From positions 1 through 64,000 of the forward strand of contig JBFMAF010000003.1 in the NCBI GenBank assembly GCA_040755995.1: a DNA stretch of 64,000 nt, given 5' to 3'. The DNA comes from Acidobacteriota bacterium (GTDB taxonomy: Bacteria; Acidobacteriota; CAIWXX01). Below, one piece after another: positions 9,589 through 19,792 of this stretch. The notes under the pieces are model-generated. The model did no database searches. It was not told the origin of the DNA and saw nothing but the letters and a program-made list of their open reading frames with translations. Positions within the stretch are counted from its first letter, which is position 1. Every line of letters starts with the position of its first letter. The position numbers were made by a program, and so were the translations under genes.

Positions 9589-10482
9589 ATGATACCTCCG
9601 TCGAAGCAACAGAAACCCCGGATAGCGATCATCGGGCCTGGTAGGCTCGGGCAGACGCTGCTGCGCGCGCTGCTGTCCAGGCGCGAGCGGGTGGTTGCAG
9701 TCGGGGCCAGGAAGCGCCGCTCAGCGCCCAGATTGTCCTTGCCCGTCGACTCCAATCTGGCGCGCGTCGCGCAATCCGCAGATATCGTGCTTATCACCGT
9801 CCGCGATGACGACATCGCAAGGGTGGTGAAGCAGATCAGTCGTGGATCGTCCAGCCTGTGCGGCGTGGTAGCGATGCACTGCAGTGGAGTGCTGGCGTCC
9901 ACCGAGCTCGCGCCGCTGCGCGAGCTCGGCGCCGCGGTCGGATCGTTCCACCCCCTGCAGACTTTCGTGCTCCCCCCGGCTCCTCCGTCCATCTTCCGCG
10001 AGACCACATTTCACTTCGAGGGTGACCGAAGGGCGAAGCGGGCGGCGCTCTATCTGGCCCGCGCCCTGGGTGCCGGGATGAGATCACTCCGACCGCGGGA
10101 CAAGGTCCTATATCACGCGGCGGCGGCATTCGTGAGCAACTACCAGGTCTCGATCTTCGAGGCTGCGATCGAATTGCTCGAGGCGTGCGGGTTCGAACGC
10201 GCGCACTCCAGGAAGCTGTTGCTGCCGCTTGCTCGCGGGACGCTCGGCAGCCTGGCTGCGCATGACCCGCGATCCGCGCTGACGGGCCCGATCAGCCGCG
10301 GAGACCTGCGCGTGGTGAGAATGCACGTCGACAGCCTGCGCGATCGCGCGCCCGATCTCCTCCCCGCCTACGCGACTCTCGGCCTCCTGGCCGCCAGGCT
10401 TGCGCGCCGGCGCCGTACGGCCCGGCGCGAGATCGACCGGATCGTGGCGCTGCTCAAAAGTGTTGAAAAAAGACAGAGCTGA
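9589..10482 (+). CDS. Rossmann-like + DUF2520 oxidoreductase (PanG-like)
   Basis: IIGPGRLG, HCSG, SFHPLQTF, YHAAAAFVSNY, ALTGPISRGD. Confidence 0.85.
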   Translation: MIPPSKQQKPRIAIIGPGRLGQTLLRALLSRRERVVAVGARKRRSAPRLSLPVDSNLARVAQSADIVLITVRDDDIARVVKQISRGSSSLCGVVAMHCSGVLASTELAPLRELGAAVGSFHPLQTFVLPPAPPSIFRETTFHFEGDRRAKRAALYLARALGAGMRSLRPRDKVLYHAAAAFVSNYQVSIFEAAIELLEACGFERAHSRKLLLPLARGTLGSLAAHDPRSALTGPISRGDLRVVRMHVDSLRDRAPDLLPAYATLGLLAARLARRRRTARREIDRIVALLKSVEKRQS

Positions 10483-10503
10483 TGTAGAATAATCACGCCT
10501 GCT

Positions 10504-10588
10504 GCCGAAGTGGTGGAACTGGCAGACACATACGTTTGAGGGGCGTATGGAGCAATCCGTGGGGGTTCGAGTCCCCCCTTCGGCACCA
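10504..10588 (+). tRNA. tRNA-Leu(GAG)
   Basis: GCCGAAG/CTTCGGC acceptor stem, anticodon loop TT-GAG-GG, long variable arm, GGTTCGAGTCC, encoded CCA; TAGAAT upstream at 10485. Confidence 0.95.
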
Positions 10589-10661
10589 ACTACTCAGAGT
10601 AGGCGCTCGATCCCGCTCGATAGTGGCTGACACGCGTACGGGGTGGTTAGGCATTCGAACC

Positions 10662-10737
10662 GACGCGGGGACACGGAGACGCGGTGATGAAGCGCGGTAC
10701 GGTGTCCCGCGTCCCCCGCTCGCCGCGTCTCCGCGCC
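10662..10737. repeat. 8-bp-unit inverted repeat between convergent tRNA-Leu and sod
   Basis: CGGAGACGCGGTGA ... TCGCCGCGTCTCCG built from GACGCGGN units. Confidence 0.55.
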
Positions 10738-10741
10738 CGTG

Positions 10742-11437
10742 CTACTTCAGCCGCGCCTCAACGGCCTCCCAGCGGATGTTCTTGAAGAACGCCGTGATGT
10801 AATCGGCACGCTTCAGCCCGTAGTCGATCATGAACGCGTGCTCGAAGACATCGAGTATAAGGATCGGCGTGCAGCCGGCCGGGTGGCCCACGTCGTGCTC
10901 GTTGATCCACTGGTTGAACAGCCGTCCTGAGAGGTTGTCCTGGTAGAGGATCGTCCAGCCGATCCCTCGCATCGTGCCGGTGCCCTTGAAATCGGCCTCC
11001 CATGCTTCGACACTCCCGAACTCGGACGCCATCTTCTTCGCCAGGTTCGCGCCCTTGTCGATCGGGGGCTTGCCTCCCAGGTTCTCGAAGTACAGCTCGT
11101 GCAGGCGCATGCCGTTGAACTCCCATCCCAGCCGCCTCTTGAGCTCCGCGTAGTCCGGCGTCGAGAACTTGGCGTCCTTGGCCATCTGGGCGAGTGCATC
11201 CATCACCTTGTTCGTGTTGGTGACGTATCCCTGGTAAAGCGTGAAGTGGTTTTTCAGCAGTGTGTCGCTGAAACCTTCCATTCCGAGGATCCGTGAGTAG
11301 TCTTTCGGTTCGTACGCCATCTTGATTTTCTCCTCCTTTTTAGGGTCGACTTGGAGTGCCCTGAGCGGCCGCACTCCCGTTACCACCGCGCCGCCAACGG
11401 CTCCAAACCATCGAAGCAACGACCTTCGTGTCATCAT
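10742..11437 (-). CDS. Fe/Mn superoxide dismutase (Tat-like leader; alternative start 11320)
   Basis: [21 protein letters not shown] metal ligands. Confidence 0.9.
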   Translation of the reverse strand: MMTRRSLLRWFGAVGGAVVTGVRPLRALQVDPKKEEKIKMAYEPKDYSRILGMEGFSDTLLKNHFTLYQGYVTNTNKVMDALAQMAKDAKFSTPDYAELKRRLGWEFNGMRLHELYFENLGGKPPIDKGANLAKKMASEFGSVEAWEADFKGTGTMRGIGWTILYQDNLSGRLFNQWINEHDVGHPAGCTPILILDVFEHAFMIDYGLKRADYITAFFKNIRWEAVEARLK

Positions 11438-11603
11438 GTCGTATCCGGATACCCATTATAGCCGCTCAACGCCATTCAGCAATGGGACGAACGCCCTACC
11501 ACCCTGTCGGCGCTGACATCTGAGCAGCAGGATCACGCACGAATAATGCGGCCACCAGCCTGGCCGACCGCCCGTGCTGGTGAGCCGGCCTATTGACCGG
11601 TTG

Positions 11604-11732
11604 CTACGGCAATCCGTTTGGCCTCGTCCAGCAGCGGCTGGTATTCGGGCCTCTCGAATGGCGTACCTTCGAAAACCGGCTTGCCCGGTCGAGCGGCCGG
11701 TTGAAGCAGCAGTTGTCGAGGTAGACTCTCAT
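11604..11732 (-). pseudogene. PIN-domain N-terminal remnant
   Basis: MRVYLDNCCFNRPLD start, similarity lost after ~15 codons, stop after 42 codons. Confidence 0.55.
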
Positions 11733-11742
11733 CTCTTTCGCT

Positions 11743-12783
11743 TCAAGCCGTCAGCCGGCTCTCCTCCATTGCGGCATCCACCGCCGCTACGGCCTTCGGG
11801 ATGTCACTCGAAGAAACGTCGCGGTGGGTGACCATCCGCACCGTCTCGGGCGCCACCGAACCGGCCAGGACGCCACGGGCCCGAAGCGCCTGCAGGAATC
11901 GCGGCGTAGATACGCCGGGGGTCCCGAAGATGAGGATGTTCGTTACTACATTCGTAGTATCCAGTGTGATCCCCCGGATTCCGGCGAGCCCCTCGGCCAG
12001 CCGCCGGGCGTTCTCATGGTCCTCGGCCAGGCGTTCGACCATCGTCTGCAGCGCGACAATGCCGGCAGCTGCGATGATCCCAGCCTGCCGCATGCCGCCT
12101 CCCAGCATCTTCCGCGCGCGGCGCGCGCGCACGGCGATCGCCGCGTCGGTGACGAGCAGCGAGCCGACGGGCGCGCAGAGACCCTTGGAAAGCGAGAACA
12201 TGACGGTCGACGCTCCACGGCTCAGCTCGCGCACCTGGGCTCCCTGTGCGACCGCTGCGTTGAAGATGCGCGCGCCGTCCAGGTGCAGCGGCAGGTTGCG
12301 TTCCGAGGCCCAGCGCACCACCGCGTCCCATTGCGCAGGCGTGTAGAGGGTGCCCCCGGCGAGATTGGCCGTGTTCTCGACCACCAGCAGCCCGGTTTCG
12401 CTCTTGTAAGGAACGCCTGGCGGCGAGTAGGCGGTATCCAGCAGCGCCGGGGCGAGGATGCCGCCCGGCGCCCTGACTGTCTTGGCGAGCACGCCGCTGA
12501 TCGCCGCTGCAGCCCCCATTTCGTAGTTGAAGACGTGGCTCAGCTCGTCCCCGAGCAGCTCCTGGCCCGGCTGTGTGAGCGAACGGATGGCAGCCTGGTT
12601 GGCCATGGTGCCGGTGGGAAAGAAGATGGCGGCTTCGCGGCCGAACATCGCAGCGGCTCTGGCTTCGAGCGCGTTTACCGTCGGGTCTTCGCCGTACACG
12701 TCGTCGCCGACCTCGGCCCTCGCCATCGCCTCCCGCATCTCGCGTGTCGGCCGCGTAACAGTGTCGCTGCGCAGATCGATCAT
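11743..12783 (-). CDS. ltaE: Low-specificity L-threonine aldolase
   Basis: [35 protein letters not shown] (PLP Lys), GGGMRQAG. Confidence 0.95.
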   Translation of the reverse strand: MIDLRSDTVTRPTREMREAMARAEVGDDVYGEDPTVNALEARAAAMFGREAAIFFPTGTMANQAAIRSLTQPGQELLGDELSHVFNYEMGAAAAISGVLAKTVRAPGGILAPALLDTAYSPPGVPYKSETGLLVVENTANLAGGTLYTPAQWDAVVRWASERNLPLHLDGARIFNAAVAQGAQVRELSRGASTVMFSLSKGLCAPVGSLLVTDAAIAVRARRARKMLGGGMRQAGIIAAAGIVALQTMVERLAEDHENARRLAEGLAGIRGITLDTTNVVTNILIFGTPGVSTPRFLQALRARGVLAGSVAPETVRMVTHRDVSSSDIPKAVAAVDAAMEESRLTA

Positions 12784-12789
12784 CTCGCC

Positions 12790-13764
12790 CTACCTCGCGA
12801 TCCGTGCCACTGCGTCGCGCGTCTTCTGCAGCGACGCCATGTCCTCGACGTTGTACACCTCCATGCGCCGCCCGTACTTCTTGCCGGCCCTGGCCACGAG
12901 CTGGGCAAGGACTCGTCCCGGCCCCACCTCGACGAAGAAGTCCACCCCCATCCCGGCGATGAGCAGCTCCATGGTCTCCGCCCAGCGCACCGGCCGGCTG
13001 ACCTGACGCCGCAGTGCGTCACGCGACCCGACGCCCGAACGGACCTCCGCCGCGTCCACGTTGGTGATGATCGGAAACCGCGGATCGGAGAAGTGAGTCG
13101 CATCCAGCAGTGGAGCCAGCCGCTCCTCGGCGGGTCTCATGAGCGAACAGTGGAACGGGGCGCTGACCGGAAGCAATACGCTCTTGGGCGGATTCAGCAC
13201 CCTGACGGCCTCGTCCACACCGTCGACGCTTCCGGCGATCACGATCTGCGCGTCGCTGTTGACGTTGGCGATTTCGGCGACTCCTTTCTTGACCTCCTTC
13301 AGGCCGGCGGCGACGGCCGCCACATCCATTCCGAGGATCGCCGCCATGCTGCCCGCCCCCGCGGGCACGGCCTCCTGCATGAAGGCCCCACGCTGCTTCA
13401 CGAGCCTGACGGCGTCCTCGAAACGCAGCCCGCCCGCGGCGACTTGCGCGGAGTATTCGCCGAGACTGTGGCCGGCGCCGGCGTTAGGCAGGAGACCGAG
13501 AGCTATGTATGCGGCGAAACTGCACGTGAGCAGAGCGGGTTGGGTGTTCTCCGTGAGCTTCAGCTCCTCCTCCGGGCCCTCGAAGCAGAGCTTCGAGAGC
13601 GCGAACCCGGCGGCCTCGTCCGCCCGTCCGAAGATGTCGCGGACCTCTCCGAAGGTCTCGTACAATTCCCGTCCCATGCCTACTGCCTGGGACCCCTGGC
13701 CTGGGAACAGAAGTGCGACGTTTCGTCCGGTCGCCTGCTGTGTGGTGCTCTGGTTCTCAGTCAC
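12790..13764 (-). CDS. fabD: Malonyl-CoA:ACP transacylase
   Basis: FPGQGSQ, GHSLGEY, VSAPFH, EVGPGRVL. Confidence 0.95.
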   Translation of the reverse strand: MTENQSTTQQATGRNVALLFPGQGSQAVGMGRELYETFGEVRDIFGRADEAAGFALSKLCFEGPEEELKLTENTQPALLTCSFAAYIALGLLPNAGAGHSLGEYSAQVAAGGLRFEDAVRLVKQRGAFMQEAVPAGAGSMAAILGMDVAAVAAGLKEVKKGVAEIANVNSDAQIVIAGSVDGVDEAVRVLNPPKSVLLPVSAPFHCSLMRPAEERLAPLLDATHFSDPRFPIITNVDAAEVRSGVGSRDALRRQVSRPVRWAETMELLIAGMGVDFFVEVGPGRVLAQLVARAGKKYGRRMEVYNVEDMASLQKTRDAVARIAR

Positions 13765-13906
13765 GTTCGACTCCTTGATCTGTTGATGGTCCAGCTGGTG
13801 TGCCTCGCGCCTCCGTCCGGTGTTGATCGAGGCAACGGGTCCGCGCCGTCCAGCGCGCCGTCACGTCCGTTGATCTCGCACGCTCGTCCCCGGACGCCTC
13901 GGCCCG

Positions 13907-15166
13907 TCAAGCATCGCGGATGACGCTCTGCATCATTTCAGATTCGCAGCGGCCGAGGCGCAGGGCGCCGAAGTCGTCCACGGGCCGCTCTCGGATCAGA
14001 TAAAGAGACCGCAGCGCGATATACTGAAAATTGTCGCGGTAGCTCTTCTTGGACTCGGAGTCGTACATGGCGCGCAGGACGCGCAGCTGCTCGTCCAGGC
14101 CCACCGAATCGCCCGTTGGCGGCGCCTGGGCCGGCTGGACAGCCTTCTTGGGCGGTGGTGCCGCGGGCCTGGCCAGGCCCACGTAGAGCTGCCGAAGCTC
14201 GCGTACCTTGTCTTCCACGACGTCCCGTTCGCGCTGCGGCTTCTGCGCGGGGGCGATCGGGTCGAGAATCGCCGGCCTGCGCATCCCGTTCAACCGGTTG
14301 ATCTCTTCGTCATCGACGACCCAGCCGAGGTTCATGAGCTGGAGCCCCTCGGCCACGGTCTCCGCTATTCTGCGGCAGAACGGCCCGACCACCGAATCCA
14401 CCGACTCGCTGATGCCGTTGAAGCGGTTCAGCACGTAGTAGACCCTGAAGTCCTTGACCGCCGAGTGGATGAAGCGCACGACCTTTTCGACGTGTATGGC
14501 GCCTTCGAGCTCGGCGACGAAGGCGTCGAGATTCGCGAAGGTCTGGTCGTAGGTGTCCTCGATCCGATCCAGAAGGTCGTTGAAGAGCTTGTAGTAGTCC
14601 AGGCCGGAGATCATCTTGTAGATGGGGGAGCTGCGTGAAAAGATCGTCCGGAGCTTCCTGAACAGCGATGCCTTCACGATCTCAGCCGCGGTGTAGACGG
14701 CCGCAGGAAGATGGGGCGTGAAGATGAGAATGCCGGTGTTCGTATGGGGTAGGAAATCGAGCACGCGGCTGTCGAGGCCGGCCTTGAGGTCCAGAACGAC
14801 GTAGTTGGCCTTGATGGAGTTCAGCCCTTCGACCAGGCGGTCCCTGTACTTTTCCTGGAAGTTCGTGATCTCGTCGATCATGCCCATGGGAGACGCGATG
14901 AAGCCGAACAGCGGGTGCTTGTTCTTGGGGTCGAGCCGAGGGCCGAGGGTGGTGATGCAACGGTCCAGGGGGACATTCCTCTTGAAGAAGTGGTACAGAT
15001 CGTAGCTGACGTCGACGTCCATGCTGTTGCGCAGGCTGGAAGTGCCCATGTCCATGTCGACCAGTATCGTCCGGCCATACCTGCTCAGGTTGATCGCGTA
15101 ATTGATGGCGAACGTCGTTTTCCCGACCCCGCCTTTGCCGGAGGACACGGGTATGATGCGAGCCAT
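13907..15166 (-). CDS. MinD/FlhG/ParA-family ATPase, enlarged (419 aa)
   Basis: Deviant Walker A SGKGGVGKTT, VDMD, LDLKAG, VLNR. Confidence 0.8.
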   Translation of the reverse strand: MARIIPVSSGKGGVGKTTFAINYAINLSRYGRTILVDMDMGTSSLRNSMDVDVSYDLYHFFKRNVPLDRCITTLGPRLDPKNKHPLFGFIASPMGMIDEITNFQEKYRDRLVEGLNSIKANYVVLDLKAGLDSRVLDFLPHTNTGILIFTPHLPAAVYTAAEIVKASLFRKLRTIFSRSSPIYKMISGLDYYKLFNDLLDRIEDTYDQTFANLDAFVAELEGAIHVEKVVRFIHSAVKDFRVYYVLNRFNGISESVDSVVGPFCRRIAETVAEGLQLMNLGWVVDDEEINRLNGMRRPAILDPIAPAQKPQRERDVVEDKVRELRQLYVGLARPAAPPPKKAVQPAQAPPTGDSVGLDEQLRVLRAMYDSESKKSYRDNFQYIALRSLYLIRERPVDDFGALRLGRCESEMMQSVIRDA

Positions 15167-15376
15167 ATTACCGACCGCTGGCGCGATGTGCCCGGCCGCG
15201 GGAGGCCCGGACTCTGTCGCCTTCGGATAGCAAGGCCGATCGCGGTGGACACGGGCCGAGACATCCAGAGGTCCACGTCTCGTGGCGCATCGTCATCCCT
15301 CCTCGCCGTGCTCCATCCTCTAAGGGGAACTCCGCCGCTGCGTCCGTTCCGATCGAGTGATCAGCGACCTGCGGCC

Positions 15377-15406
15377 ATAGTATTCCAGCGTTTCCGCGGA
15401 TGTCAA
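15377..15406 (-). promoter_or_regulatory. Putative sigma70 promoter of MinD-like gene
   Basis: TTGACA-18-TACTAT on minus strand. Confidence 0.5.
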
Positions 15407-15427
15407 ACCTCGCGAGGCTGCCTGTCG

Positions 15428-15480
15428 GACGGAAGACGGGAGACGAAAGACGGGAGACGAGAGACCGCGGACGGAGGACG
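15428..15480. repeat. Degenerate 7-bp tandem repeat (GACGRRA)
   Basis: GACGGAA GACGGGA GACGAAA GACGGGA GACGAGA GACCGCG GACGGAG GACG. Confidence 0.7.
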
Positions 15481-15552
15481 AATCACGCACCGTTCACGCA
15501 GCCGCGCAGCCGCACCCGGCTGCAAGCTGGCGGCATCTCGGCTTGAGATCGG

Positions 15553-16506
15553 CTACTTCGCCGCGGCCTCCGCGGGCGCTGCCGCCTGAGCCTCCTTCTG
15601 CTTCTTCTTCAGCGTGATGTACTCTTCCTTGAGCTTGTCGGCCTCCGCCTCGAGCTCCCCACTCCTCTTCCGATCATTCATCGCCACCTTCTTGGCCTCC
15701 TCGCGGAGCAGAAGGCTCTTGTAGATGACCGGCTCGGGGTAGGCCGGGTCTATCTCCATGGCCTTGTCGAGCGCCTCGTAGCCCGTTTGCAACGTTGCCT
15801 TGCGTTCCTCGACGGTCAGGTCGATCCGGCGGAAGCTCTTCGCCCATGCCGTCACGCCGATCGAGTAGTACGCTTCCTTGAGATCCTTCGGGTCCGTGAG
15901 CAACGCGATCCGCCTCCGGTGAGCCTCAATCGACTTGTCGAAGTCGGGCGGGCTCATGTCGCCATAGAAGCGGGCCAGGTACAGGTACCCTTCGGGGTTC
16001 TGCGGATCGAGCGATATGCGCTGCTCGTATACCTTCGCAGCTTCATCGTTCTTTCCGTGGCGGCGGTAGAACTCCGCCATGACGTAGTATCCGGTCGGCT
16101 CCTTGGGATTGTTGGCGATACGCTTCTTGTAATACTTGAGCGCTTCGTCGAAGTTGCCCTCTTTGTCGTAGAGGTCGGCCAAGGACAGCAACGCGTCGAT
16201 GTTGTTCGGCTCCTTCTCGAGAACCCTGGTGAAGGCGTCGACCGCCTTCTTGGCTCTATTCTTGTTCTTCTCGTCGTTCACGCCGGGTTTGAAGAGCGAC
16301 AGGTAGGAGCTGCCCAGGTAGAAGTACGCCTTTGTGAACTCGGGATCCGCATCGAGGGCCTTCTCGTACATTACGATCGCCCTGTCGAACTTGTTGTCTC
16401 TGAAGAACGTGTTGCCCTTGTTAAAGTAGTATTGCCTGACGAGTACCTTGCACCCGCTGAGGCACACGGCCAAGATCAGTACGGCGCCCAGGGCTCTCTT
16501 GCTCAT
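15553..16506 (-). CDS. TPR-repeat lipoprotein
   Basis: Lipobox LSGC, multiple TPR motifs, GAGGAGG RBS. Confidence 0.85.
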   Translation of the reverse strand: MSKRALGAVLILAVCLSGCKVLVRQYYFNKGNTFFRDNKFDRAIVMYEKALDADPEFTKAYFYLGSSYLSLFKPGVNDEKNKNRAKKAVDAFTRVLEKEPNNIDALLSLADLYDKEGNFDEALKYYKKRIANNPKEPTGYYVMAEFYRRHGKNDEAAKVYEQRISLDPQNPEGYLYLARFYGDMSPPDFDKSIEAHRRRIALLTDPKDLKEAYYSIGVTAWAKSFRRIDLTVEERKATLQTGYEALDKAMEIDPAYPEPVIYKSLLLREEAKKVAMNDRKRSGELEAEADKLKEEYITLKKKQKEAQAAAPAEAAAK

Positions 16507-16542
16507 GCTTCCTCCTCGAATCGCTTTCGGAAAAGCAGTTCT

Positions 16543-16572
16543 ACTATAGGCAGGCCCGGCCGGCATTGTCAA
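16543..16572 (-). promoter_or_regulatory. Putative sigma70 promoter of TPR gene
   Basis: TTGACA-18-TATAGT on minus strand. Confidence 0.55.
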
Positions 16573-16724
16573 GCAGCGTGAACGGTGCGCAGACCGGTGG
16601 CACCAGGGTCGCGGTCGTGGAGTGGCGGATTCGCCAATCACGTCAACGCCGCGCGATGGCAGCGGAATCCGGGCCGGTGGCGGCGGGCGTGGGGATGCGG
16701 GTGGAGCCTGGTGTGCGGCGGCTG

Positions 16725-18290
16725 TCACTTCTCGGTCTTCGCCGCGGCATCCGACCCGCCATGGGCCCCAGCCGGCTTCTCCTCGACCATCTTGCCCAGG
16801 TAACTCGGGAGCTCGACGCCGGCCATGCCGGCGATGTCGTGCAGAGGCGGAAGGCTCTTGATGAGGCCCGAGAGAAACCCAGCGGTCGAAGAACCCTCAT
16901 GGCCTCCGGAATCCCACACCGTGACCTTGTCGATCTTGAGGTTCTTGACGGCCTCGACCTGATTCCTCACGATCTCTTCGATTTTCTCGACCATGAGGAA
17001 CGTTGCGGCGTTCTTCGCATCTCCGCCGCAGCTCTGCACCATCGAGGCGTAGCCCGCGGCCTTCGCTTCCAGGACCTGGCGTATGCCCTTGGCCTCGGCC
17101 TCGTACCTCATGAGCACAGCGTCGGCGTGCCCCTTGGCCTCGCGTCTGACACGCTCGGCTTCGGCGTCGGCGGCGATCTCGATCTTCTGCTTCTCGATTT
17201 CCTGCTTCACGATCAGCTCCGCCTTGAGCCGTTCCTGCTCCGCCAGGTACTGCGCGCGCTGGATGGCGGCAAGCGCCTCGCGCCTCGCCACTTCGCTCTG
17301 CTGAGTGGCCACTGCCTGCCTGACGCTCAGATCGGCGTTGGCCACAGCGATCTCGGCCTGTGCCAGGTTCTCTCCCTTGACCGCCTCGGCCTCCTGCTGC
17401 TGCACGTACACGCGCCGATCTGCCTCGGCCTTCTTCTTCCCCTTCTCCGCCCCCGCGAGGTTCTCGGCGATGCCGATCTCCTTGCTCCGATTCGCCTCGG
17501 CTTCGCCGACGGACGCGCCGGCTTCCTGTTGCTGCACATAGACACGGCGGTCGGCGTCGGCCTTCTTCTTCCCCTTCTCCGCCTCGGCGGCGAACGTGGC
17601 GACGCTGACCTCTTTCTCGCGGTTCGCGCCCGCCTGACCAATTGCGCCCATCTTATCCTGCTCGGCCACGTCGACCTTCGCGCGGTTGATCGCCTCTGAC
17701 GCTGCCTTCTTTCCGATGCTCTCGATGTAGTCGGACTCGTCGGTGATATCTGTGATGTTCACGTTGATCAAGTAGAGCCCGATCTTGTTGAGCTCGGCCT
17801 CCACGTTCTTTCTCACGGCCTCCAGGAAGCTCTCCCGGTCCTGATTGATCTGCTCGATCGTCAGGCTCGCGACCGTGAGTCTCAACTGCCCGAAGATGAT
17901 CTCCTTCGCCATCTCCTCGATCTGCCGCGGCATGAGGTTCAGGAGGCGCTCGGCCGCGTTGTTCATGATGGCCTTGTTGGTGCTGATCCCGAAGGTGAAT
18001 GTGCTCGGGACGTTGATCCGGATGTTCTGCTGAGAGAGCGCATTCTGCAACGGGATGCTGATGGTCATAGGCGTCAGGCTCAGATACGCGTAGTCTTGGA
18101 CGAGAGGCCACACCATGGAGCCTCCACCGTGTATGCATCGCGCCGACTGTCCCTCACCGACCTTCCCGAATACCACCAGGATCTTGTCCGACGGGCACCG
18201 CCGGTACCGTCGAGCGAGGAATGTGATGGTCGAGACCATGAGACCGATGAACGCTGTGACTGCCACTCCCCAAAAGCTGACGTCTTCCAT
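16725..18290 (-). CDS. Flotillin / SPFH-domain protein
   Basis: N-terminal TM, RYRRCPSDKILVVFGK, SPFH core, AEA-rich coiled coil; start 18290 or 18299. Confidence 0.92.
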   Translation of the reverse strand: MEDVSFWGVAVTAFIGLMVSTITFLARRYRRCPSDKILVVFGKVGEGQSARCIHGGGSMVWPLVQDYAYLSLTPMTISIPLQNALSQQNIRINVPSTFTFGISTNKAIMNNAAERLLNLMPRQIEEMAKEIIFGQLRLTVASLTIEQINQDRESFLEAVRKNVEAELNKIGLYLINVNITDITDESDYIESIGKKAASEAINRAKVDVAEQDKMGAIGQAGANREKEVSVATFAAEAEKGKKKADADRRVYVQQQEAGASVGEAEANRSKEIGIAENLAGAEKGKKKAEADRRVYVQQQEAEAVKGENLAQAEIAVANADLSVRQAVATQQSEVARREALAAIQRAQYLAEQERLKAELIVKQEIEKQKIEIAADAEAERVRREAKGHADAVLMRYEAEAKGIRQVLEAKAAGYASMVQSCGGDAKNAATFLMVEKIEEIVRNQVEAVKNLKIDKVTVWDSGGHEGSSTAGFLSGLIKSLPPLHDIAGMAGVELPSYLGKMVEEKPAGAHGGSDAAAKTEK

Positions 18291-18369
18291 GAAATCCACC
18301 TCTCATCAGGTTACAGAATGACGAATACCGGCATCGCGGCCTACTCTCGATTCCTCCTTCGACGCCGGC

Positions 18370-18942
18370 TCACATCTTCTCGACGATCAACATTTCGCCC
18401 TTCACCATCGCGACGCGCACGGGCTCGCCCGTCTTGATCTCCACCTTGTTGAGCGACATCGCATCGTACTCCCCCAGGCGGTCCTGTACGACGACCTGCA
18501 CTCGACCGACCCCTGCGGCCGGGATGGTGAGGTAGACGGTGCCCTCCTGCCCGATGGCGTTGAGAACGTCGATAGTGCCGCTGGACTGCAATCGCTTCAT
18601 GAACGCGGTGAGCCTGCCGATCAGGTAGACAGATGCGGATCCGGCCACGAGACCGCCAATGATCGACAGCGTCGCACCGACATGGCTCTGCTTGTGCAGG
18701 GCAACGCCCACGAGCCCGAACATGACGAAGAACGCCGTGAGCCCCTGCAGGGTGAGAATCTTGAAGCTCGTGTCGGCATCGTCGTGGTGCACGTCGCCGC
18801 CGCCGTCATCCACCTGCACGTCAGCATCATGGCCGCCGGCGAGTAGTTGGAGGATGATCCTGACGGCAAACAGGATCCCGCCAAATGCGGCGCTGCCGAG
18901 AAAGAAGTAGTCCATGCCGGTGAATCCCCCTAGCGTACCCAT
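18370..18942 (-). CDS. NfeD-like (YqiJ-type) membrane protein
   Basis: TM helices plus C-terminal OB fold (IGQEGTVYLTIP...GRVQV), directly upstream of flotillin. Confidence 0.85.
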   Translation of the reverse strand: MGTLGGFTGMDYFFLGSAAFGGILFAVRIILQLLAGGHDADVQVDDGGGDVHHDDADTSFKILTLQGLTAFFVMFGLVGVALHKQSHVGATLSIIGGLVAGSASVYLIGRLTAFMKRLQSSGTIDVLNAIGQEGTVYLTIPAAGVGRVQVVVQDRLGEYDAMSLNKVEIKTGEPVRVAMVKGEMLIVEKM

Positions 18943-19246
18943 GTCTCACCCCCAGGTCATGCAGGCCCTACACCTGCGCCGGATGGGACCCAAATGGAGC
19001 CGCGGGCCCTGCGCCGCCGTGAGAAGCCATCTCCCCTCACTCGCCAGATTCCCTGCCTCGCATTCTCGGCGCTTCCGAAGCGGATGTCAAATGATATAGA
19101 TGAGCGGGTGCGCGGAATGATGGCATTGGCACATCCGCGGATTTCGTAGATTGGGAGGATATCGCGGAGAGCCCGGCCCGGGAGCGCCGGTCCCGAGTGT
19201 GCTCGCGGACACCGCGCGCAGCCGTCCTCGGGCACCGCAGTCTGAC

Positions 19247-19792
19247 TCATAACAATCCGCGGAGCTTTTCTCGAATCCGATCCCTCCCCCGGCTGAGCCG
19301 GCTCATCACAGTCCCGATCGAGATATCGAGCGTATCGGCGATCTCCTGGTAGCTGAGCTCCTCGAAGACCCGCAGCGTGAGAACCACCCGGAGCTTCGGC
19401 GGCAAAGCCGCAACTGCCTCCGCCGCGGCACGAGCGAGCTCGGCGGAGCGCGCGGCCGCCTCCTGGTCGCCCGCGGGCGTCTCGGAGAAGGACTCGGGCA
19501 GAGCCACGTACGGCGACTCGTGAGCCGCGGTGCTGATCGCGCGGTTGACGGCAATCCTGACGAGCCACGGGAGAAGCGGACGGCTCTGGTCGAAGCGCCT
19601 CAGAGCGAAGTACGCGCGCACGAAGGCCTCCTGGGCCGCATCCTCGGCCGTCGCTTCGCAACCCGTGATTCGATAGCAGATCCGGAAGATCCGGCGCTGA
19701 TACTTCCGCAGAATCTCCTGGAAGGCGGCCTCATCGCCGGCGAGGGTTCTCCGCACGAGGGCAAGGTCCACCTCGTCGACCGGCGGTTTCAT
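19247..19792 (-). CDS. ECF sigma-70 factor
   Basis: AEDAAQEAFVRAY, WLVRIAVN, LSYQEIADTLDISIGTVMSRLSRGR. Confidence 0.92.
   Translation of the reverse strand: MKPPVDEVDLALVRRTLAGDEAAFQEILRKYQRRIFRICYRITGCEATAEDAAQEAFVRAYFALRRFDQSRPLLPWLVRIAVNRAISTAAHESPYVALPESFSETPAGDQEAAARSAELARAAAEAVAALPPKLRVVLTLRVFEELSYQEIADTLDISIGTVMSRLSRGRDRIREKLRGLL

Noticed and set aside
10504..10740. tRNA-Leu as an island integration site
   Set aside because: No integrase nearby and no duplicated tRNA 3' end noticed.
13769..13786. CAACAGATCAAGGAGT upstream of fabD resembling the core of the 63-bp element
   Set aside because: Needs a gap, includes the SD sequence and lacks the inverted arms; likely coincidence.
11824..13923. 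Long antisense ORFs (699 aa here; also 47978-49510, 7517-8737, 33343-34686 and others)
   Set aside because: Shadow frames of well-supported genes, expected in high-GC DNA; no recognisable motifs.
18957..19250. 97-codon ORF overlapping the ECF sigma stop (MSQTAVPEDGCARC...) as an anti-sigma
   Set aside because: No HxxxCxxC motif or TM helix, non-coding-like composition, and it contains the putative nfeD promoter; at most a remnant.
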